From a virus: a stretch of 64,000 bases of DNA. The notes under the pieces were generated by a model. It searched no databases, had not been told where the DNA came from, and saw only the letters and a list, made by a program, of their open reading frames with translations. Made by a program: the position numbers and the translations under genes. Positions 58,801 to 64,000 of the stretch are shown here, piece after piece (within the stretch, counting starts at the first letter, position 1; the number at the start of each line of letters is the position of its first letter). Location of the stretch: the IMG/VR virus record IMGVR_UViG_3300033143_001281, positions 1-64,000 of that record; one strand, 5' to 3'.

Positions 58801-59165
58801 ATCCAAATTCAAATGAGAATTTTTATGTTTCTAAAATAAATAGTGCAATTCTTCAAAATGGTAAAGGTTATGCAGAATATTCATTACCAGATGGCATTGG
58901 TAATACTGTAGATTTTAGAGTAGTTAAAGATGGATCATTAGATTATAGATTAAATTATACTTTACAGACTTATGTCCCATACAATCCTACTACAGAAAGT
59001 GGTGGTAGTTATATAACAGAAACTCAAACTCAACCTATTGATATGTCCTATGGTATAAGAAAGCTTGATGAACAAGTATTTAATTTTTATGATTGGGCTA
59101 AGTCAAGAAGAGAAGAAAATAGATTGGCTCACAAAAGAGATCAAGAACAGTACGGAATAAAATAA
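55887..59165 (+). CDS. large ejection protein of the virion RNA polymerase module
   Basis: 1092-aa helical ORF starting MATY...PFTPDY; synteny. Confidence 0.65.
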   Translation: MATYIKGSESFLPDIKPFTPDYKFLSAVLQTRTDKYDANFKATNDLYNKVVYADLSREDTKERRDQYADLISPQIEKISGMDLSLAQNADAARSVFAPFYDDDLTVKDIVFTSQYRDEMAYADRLAESSNKEMNERYWETGRRGLQYRMDDFINGSADQALQASLPKYIEDADLYQLATDYLESMEPPLSVKIDHYGENADGTANTDWIITEKNGRLVTGQALQAVQNALLNNPKVQAAYQEDAFVKSRDFAAQGMQAGQFSSVEQGQNAWATEQINIINKLNDSEIEEASQKNDQAQRVNLYWQDYKNKNGIIPGSDMDEAMKEHESIAEATQKALDAKLNIKRIGAAPKKSIQGNLNKAYNMLMNYNIARDMKAAAVNYGARDQEYTMRVNEIALFEKKKKWDLVMERTRASNNMALQRLKNKNARDLAIEKGEIVDNSGNPNSLQNKLKRRGITFNDPNTFTAKTDKDGDVTSNVDVPAMNSERFIELDNKVFERQVDAILDMKKTLYPDGNTPARNQTYKFEYEGAIIEGTVESIKKKLLETVKTEGDEGGPTEYVNRGLVASLYEKESELFLNNPEVTKNINPNATADPNIRGQYDDLYDRIAGPNNSINTQIAGLQAAYGKVNELTFNAGELTYKALHDINSGYAGGYSKDASDLQKAGWPSIFDENGVLLNKDEYRKLVVAGIEKGEITNPNISGWDSGTNNKDYKAFRTYSRSEMDNLYGYDRNNAYAQEVRKKYRSLIGGVNEVQMAAVNNDLNAYYDMQYNALNNALTGKKGNIPTASLNTVLEGGDYNVGDLMMNPSYKYSVNPLTPNIEAETEVGNFLDQMDHLNTTGKGYGIVAGDIDGLDSDELLSQQAVAQKVHNLYMEDLQSWYNNPKRSNADKTAPIATYTYNPVYGRSEDGRKTTAAAQWLYSPEWLASKVVGGSDVSDQYGALTTDDIKLLSDAGQNGESGITIIYDQKDDINPNSNENFYVSKINSAILQNGKGYAEYSLPDGIGNTVDFRVVKDGSLDYRLNYTLQTYVPYNPTTESGGSYITETQTQPIDMSYGIRKLDEQVFNFYDWAKSRREENRLAHKRDQEQYGIK

Positions 59166-59172
59166 AATATAA

Positions 59173-62100
59173 ATGGAGGATCAGTCTAACAAACCTTTAG
59201 CAAACACCATAGCTAATAATCAAAGAACTTCTAGTGTTATTCCACCAGGAGAATTTAATTTTATACCTATAGAGGAAATGTTTGAAACACCAGAAACAGA
59301 TCTGGCAAACGTTATTGCAACAGATCCTGGTGCTATAGCTCAAGTAGATAGGTATAAAGCAGACATAGATAAATATGGTATACCTGCAATGGCAAGTTTA
59401 GGTACGGTTAGTCCATCTTTAGCAACAGGTAAATATAATCCAGTTGCTCAACAAAATCCCTCACAAGCTGCTTATCAAGAAGTTAAAAATATATTAACTG
59501 CTAAAAAAGACGGTCCCGGTGGTCAACGTGTTGCACCCAGATATGCAAGTATTAGACAAAGCAATTTCTTAAGATACTATGAACATCCAGAATTTGCTGA
59601 TTTAGGTTTTACACCATATGCAAATATGGAAGAGTTCTATAATGCTAATTCTACAATATGGGATGATATGAGTAGAATGAGTGGTCAATTTGCAAGTCTT
59701 GCTGGATCAGGTTTTAATAGTGTATATAGATCTTATGGTGATATGTTTGGTGACGGAAGTTATTTATCACAACCAGATTTAGAATCAGCTTTTGAATTTG
59801 AAGATGCAATGGCCATTGGTAATTCTAGTAGAGGTGGTGCATTAGGTTTTACAAATAATCTTTTATTAAATAGTGCATATACATTTGGTATTATTGGATC
59901 TATTGCAGTAGAAGAATTAATATTAGCAGGTGCTGCAGCAGCACAAGGTTTTCTTAATCCAGCATCTGATGCATTATTAGCAAGTAGATCAGTTGCAAAC
60001 GTCAAACGTGCAGGTGATGCTATTAGTGGTTTATTTGATATGAAAAAAATGGCAGATGCTACACGTAATGCAATGAAAACATTAAGTGAGATAGATACTG
60101 CTAGAGATTTTTGGGCTGCAACACAAGGTACAAGAAAAGTTTTAGGTCAAGCCTTTACACCTAATACAATGTATGCTTTAAAGAATTTTAAGAGTACAAA
60201 AAATGCAACTCAAAATGCTGTTAACTTAGCAAAAATGAAAGCTGGTTTTGGTGGCTTTTATAGAGATTTTAGAGCTGTCAATTTAGCTTTAGCTGAAAGT
60301 AAACTAGAAGGTGGTATGGTTTACAATGAGCTTATAAGAGAAGGTGTGAATATGGCACAAGCCAAAAGTGGTGTAACTGTAACTCCTGAAGAATTTGCTA
60401 GTATACAATCAAAAGCATCAGAGGGTGCGTTTTATACAACTATGGCAAATGCACCTATTATATATGCCAGTAACTGGTTTGTTTTAGGAAATGCCATGGG
60501 CGGATTCAATAGAAGCCTGGGTAGAGTTTTTGGAGAAACTTTTGAAAAAGGATTGAATGGTAGACTTTTTAAAGGTAAAGGAGTAAAAGATGCAGCAACG
60601 GGAAAAGTAAAAAATGTTTTTAAAGATGCTGGTACAGGTCTAGGAGGCTGGTGGACAAAAGTCAGAGCGGGTGGAGTAAAGGGTAATACCGGCAGGGCAT
60701 TAGCAGCTAGTGCTAGATATTTTGCTGCAAACATTGCAGAAGGTATACAAGAAGTTGCACAAGAAGCTGTTTCAGCAGGAACTAAAGGTTACTATACTGC
60801 CCTATTAGATGATCCGTTGGCAGGTGGTGTAGCATTAAGAAATCAATATATTGCTTCTGGAATGTCTAGCCAGTTTAGTGGTCAAGGAGCAGAAACTTTT
60901 TTATCTGGTTTTTTAATGGGTGGTATTGTACAAGGACCACAGAAATTATTTTTTCAAGGTATACCTGCTTTATATCAAAGAATAAGTGATCCTAAAGCTT
61001 ATAAAGAGTATCAAGAAATTAAAGATAAGTATGTTAAAGATTTAGTCACTGTGCATAATGAAGCATGGAACGCACAGGCTGATGATCCAGGATCAGTGTT
61101 TGATCCTCAAAAATTAAATTTCTTTTTTCAAAAACAGGCTGCTGCTGAAATGAAAAAGAATGTATTTAATCAAGATAGATTTGGATTTCAAGATGAAAAA
61201 GATGGAGCTAAGTTTCATCAGATGTATACTATTTTTAGAACTGGCACATCAGAACTGTTTAAAAATCAATTGAGAGATTATTTAAAAATGACTGATGCAG
61301 AATTAGCACAGGCGTTTCCATCTAGTAAAGCTGATGTAAAGAGTGGAAAGATAAGATCAAGATTAGAAAAATTTATTACACAAATAGATAAGGCAGAAGC
61401 TGATTACATTAGAAGAAAAGATGATAATAAAAATCCTTTTGATCCAAGCCAGTTTAATAAAGAGACAGAAAAAAGACAGTATATACAAGAAGTTTTAAAA
61501 AGTCAAGCATGGGAGCATGCTAATTACTTGTATATGTTTACTGAAAATGGATTTCAACGTGCTCTAGAAAGAGCTAATAGTATATATACTGAATTAGCTA
61601 ATGATCCTTTGTTTGATGGTATGGCTGCTAGTGATGTGACTGTATTATTAGATCCTGATTCTATAAGTAATGAATTATTTTTACTATCAAAAGATATATT
61701 AGTTTTAGATGATTCAACAGAACAAGGTAAGAAAGATAAAAAAAGATTAGAAGGTAAATTAGAAAGACTAAAAGAGATTCAAAAAGTTTTATCTGATAAA
61801 AATCTACTTAACAATGATGGTACTTTTGATAAAAGAAAACTGGGTAGCAAACTTTTACCTGTGTTTGAAAAGTACATAAAGTATTTAGCAAATAGCAAAA
61901 ATACATTTGCTGATAAGTCTAAAATAAAAGAAGCACTAAAAAAAATGATAGATTATGGTGCACTTAAAGGTAGAGCAAGAGTATATGATAAAGCAATTGA
62001 GTACTTAGCTAATCCAGAAAGATTTAATGAGATTGTTAATAGACAAATAGAAGTTAATAAAAATATATATAGAAGTTTATCTTCTAATTTTGAAAAACAA

Positions 62101-64000
62101 ATAAAAAAATATTTAAATGTTGCAGAGGCCAATGAGCTAATGAATCAACTTTTTAAAAGAGGTTATGTTGGTGATCCAGAAAATGTAAAAGGTTTTTTAC
62201 AAACTGGAGATGTAAGATATTTAAATGCAATGACTTTTTACAACGAACAAGGTCAAATTGATAAAAAGGTTGATAAAGTTAAGTATGATGAAATACAAAG
62301 ATTACTTGATGTCTATAGGAACAATCAAGAAAAAACTGAAGAGTCAGAACAATCTCCTAAAGAAGAAAATCAAAAGGAGGATATTACACAGGCAAAAACA
62401 GCACAAGATCAAGTTTTAGATGATGCATCTATAGATGTTATATTACCTGAAACAAATAATACAAGAATGCTAAATGAGCTTTTAAAAAGACAGTATTCTA
62501 AGTATTCTGCTACACAAACAGTTTTAGGAGAAAACGTATTGACCTTTGAAGAGTGGAGAAATGCTGAGGGTGCAATATGGCAAAACACATTTAATGCTTT
62601 AAAAAAATTATGGGCATCTGGTAAACTACCAGTTTTAGATGCACAAGGTAATGCAGCTTACGTAAATGTAACAGAAGATCAATTACTAAATGAACTAGGT
62701 TTTGATGCATGGTTAAAGTCTAGAGAAGTAAGAGAAAATGATTTAGTAAGTGAAATTTTACAATCAGCTAATGTTTCTTTGGATGAAATAATTGCACCTA
62801 CACAGAAACAAACAACTAAAGAAGATATAACTAAAGGAAAAAATAATGTTGATATATATAAAGAAGGTGCACGTGTTAACGTTATTAAAGTTACAACTAT
62901 AGATGAAAATGGAAAACCTGTTGCATTTTTTAAACTAGTAGATCCAAAGGGTAATGATTTATCAGCAGACTTGCTTGGTTTGATAGATAGCAAATATGAA
63001 GGTACATATCCCACATCAAAAGAAGCTGTACAAGCACAAGAAGCTTTAGAAAAACAAGCACCCGATAATGCACCTTTTAAATTTGATAATGAAGAATTAA
63101 ATCAAGGAATGCTTGTTTATAGAAATGGTAAGGAGTATGTTGTAATAAGTACACCTAGATCTATTTCAGGTGGTAAGTTGCGTTTAAGAATTAATGATGG
63201 AAGTAATAAGATAACAGTTATAAATAGGGGAGAGTTTGCCGGAAGATTTACTAAACAAGAAATCAAATATGATTTTGATCCTACTAATGCAAGAGTAAAT
63301 ATTCAAAAAATAAATCAAATATATCCTCATGCTAATACTGTTGATGGTCAAAGAAATTATACTGAGGCTTCTAAAAGATTAGATTTGATATTACAAATCT
63401 TAGATGAAACAGATTTAAAAAATTTAAATTTAGTTATAGAAGCAGATCCGAAAGGTGGTGTAGATCAGGGTCAGTTTACTATGGAAGGTAAAAACCCAAA
63501 TAAATATGTTAAAGTAAAAACATCTGCATATAGAATAGGTTTAGCAGCAGGAAGTCAAGAAACACAGAAAAGAATAAATGATGCATTGCTTAAGAATGGT
63601 ATAAAACTTTCAGATAATCCAAATGGTATTTTTGCTTATATACCAAATGATGTATTTGAAATGATAGATGCAGAAGGAAATCCTGTAGAAAATCTTAGCA
63701 CAATAACTCCTGATCTTGCTAATAGTACATTGTTTGTTAGCAAAGCACTTAGAGATAGTTTAACAAAACAAGAAATATTAAATTTAGCAAGAAGTAATTT
63801 TGCTCTTAATAAGTTAATTACTATTGAAGCAACAAATGCACTTGCTAAATCTGAAGGTGCAATAGCTTTTGTGCCTGTAGATAAATTAGATTTTAACTTT
63901 TCACTTTTAGTTTCTGGAGGTAATGTTGTTTATGATAATAGTTCAGTTAGATCTTTGTCTTCATTAAAATATCAACATGCTGATGAAAATGGCAACTATT
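59173..64000 (+). CDS. giant ejection / virion RNA polymerase-module protein, truncated by window end (>1600 aa)
   Basis: Long open frame from ATG 59173 (MEDQSNKP...), absent from the ORF track, consistent with no stop in the window; ES.LEGG and EG.QE..QE motifs and hydrophobic Gly/Ala segments; no catalytic RNAP motif seen in this part. Confidence 0.7.
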   Translation, partial: MEDQSNKPLANTIANNQRTSSVIPPGEFNFIPIEEMFETPETDLANVIATDPGAIAQVDRYKADIDKYGIPAMASLGTVSPSLATGKYNPVAQQNPSQAAYQEVKNILTAKKDGPGGQRVAPRYASIRQSNFLRYYEHPEFADLGFTPYANMEEFYNANSTIWDDMSRMSGQFASLAGSGFNSVYRSYGDMFGDGSYLSQPDLESAFEFEDAMAIGNSSRGGALGFTNNLLLNSAYTFGIIGSIAVEELILAGAAAAQGFLNPASDALLASRSVANVKRAGDAISGLFDMKKMADATRNAMKTLSEIDTARDFWAATQGTRKVLGQAFTPNTMYALKNFKSTKNATQNAVNLAKMKAGFGGFYRDFRAVNLALAESKLEGGMVYNELIREGVNMAQAKSGVTVTPEEFASIQSKASEGAFYTTMANAPIIYASNWFVLGNAMGGFNRSLGRVFGETFEKGLNGRLFKGKGVKDAATGKVKNVFKDAGTGLGGWWTKVRAGGVKGNTGRALAASARYFAANIAEGIQEVAQEAVSAGTKGYYTALLDDPLAGGVALRNQYIASGMSSQFSGQGAETFLSGFLMGGIVQGPQKLFFQGIPALYQRISDPKAYKEYQEIKDKYVKDLVTVHNEAWNAQADDPGSVFDPQKLNFFFQKQAAAEMKKNVFNQDRFGFQDEKDGAKFHQMYTIFRTGTSELFKNQLRDYLKMTDAELAQAFPSSKADVKSGKIRSRLEKFITQIDKAEADYIRRKDDNKNPFDPSQFNKETEKRQYIQEVLKSQAWEHANYLYMFTENGFQRALERANSIYTELANDPLFDGMAASDVTVLLDPDSISNELFLLSKDILVLDDSTEQGKKDKKRLEGKLERLKEIQKVLSDKNLLNNDGTFDKRKLGSKLLPVFEKYIKYLANSKNTFADKSKIKEALKKMIDYGALKGRARVYDKAIEYLANPERFNEIVNRQIEVNKNIYRSLSSNFEKQIKKYLNVAEANELMNQLFKRGYVGDPENVKGFLQTGDVRYLNAMTFYNEQGQIDKKVDKVKYDEIQRLLDVYRNNQEKTEESEQSPKEENQKEDITQAKTAQDQVLDDASIDVILPETNNTRMLNELLKRQYSKYSATQTVLGENVLTFEEWRNAEGAIWQNTFNALKKLWASGKLPVLDAQGNAAYVNVTEDQLLNELGFDAWLKSREVRENDLVSEILQSANVSLDEIIAPTQKQTTKEDITKGKNNVDIYKEGARVNVIKVTTIDENGKPVAFFKLVDPKGNDLSADLLGLIDSKYEGTYPTSKEAVQAQEALEKQAPDNAPFKFDNEELNQGMLVYRNGKEYVVISTPRSISGGKLRLRINDGSNKITVINRGEFAGRFTKQEIKYDFDPTNARVNIQKINQIYPHANTVDGQRNYTEASKRLDLILQILDETDLKNLNLVIEADPKGGVDQGQFTMEGKNPNKYVKVKTSAYRIGLAAGSQETQKRINDALLKNGIKLSDNPNGIFAYIPNDVFEMIDAEGNPVENLSTITPDLANSTLFVSKALRDSLTKQEILNLARSNFALNKLITIEATNALAKSEGAIAFVPVDKLDFNFSLLVSGGNVVYDNSSVRSLSSLKYQHADENGNY

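Noticed and set aside
913-63014. Short antisense or off-frame ORFs in the track (e.g. 913, 1085, 5842, 6086, 8027, 10148, 17408, 19194, 20702-21957, 31595-33468, 41558, 57799-63014)
   Set aside because: They overlap well-supported genes or structured DNA and have shadow-frame composition
1-64000. Stop-codon reassignment as in some crAss-like phages
   Set aside because: Long genes are intact in code 11, TAG ends terL and groES, TGA ends 11244 and 41627, and no suppressor tRNA is seen

Overview
AT-rich, gene-dense fragment of a large crAss-like (Crassvirales-type) podovirus genome, most likely infecting aquatic Bacteroidetes/Flavobacteria. The standard genetic code fits: TAA, TAG and TGA all end genes. 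Positions 1-7103 are a minus-strand block of small early/middle genes (tRNA-Arg, HNH protein, SSB-like protein, HTH protein, DUF4846-like exported protein, lipoproteins, a paralog pair) separated by unusually structured non-coding DNA. After a G-rich strand switch (~7145-7260), the plus strand carries small basic proteins, amidase endolysin, IHF-like proteins, PD-(D/E)xK nuclease, GroES, TerL, portal, scaffold-like protein, major capsid protein (frameshifted here), neck/ring proteins, fibres, a metallophosphoesterase, a 2107-aa tail-stabilisation/muzzle protein and internal cargo/ejection proteins. The last of these runs off the window. The most notable unexplained signals are: (1) hairpin RNAs whose U-rich loops are complementary to translation-start regions of the phage's own genes; (2) a series of long stems with plus-strand wobble bias in the early region; (3) cargo proteins built from micro-modules delimited by a repeated K-A-Q-x-G-G-E-like motif; (4) three frame disruptions in virion genes. 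All family assignments are from motif recognition and gene order, not database searches.
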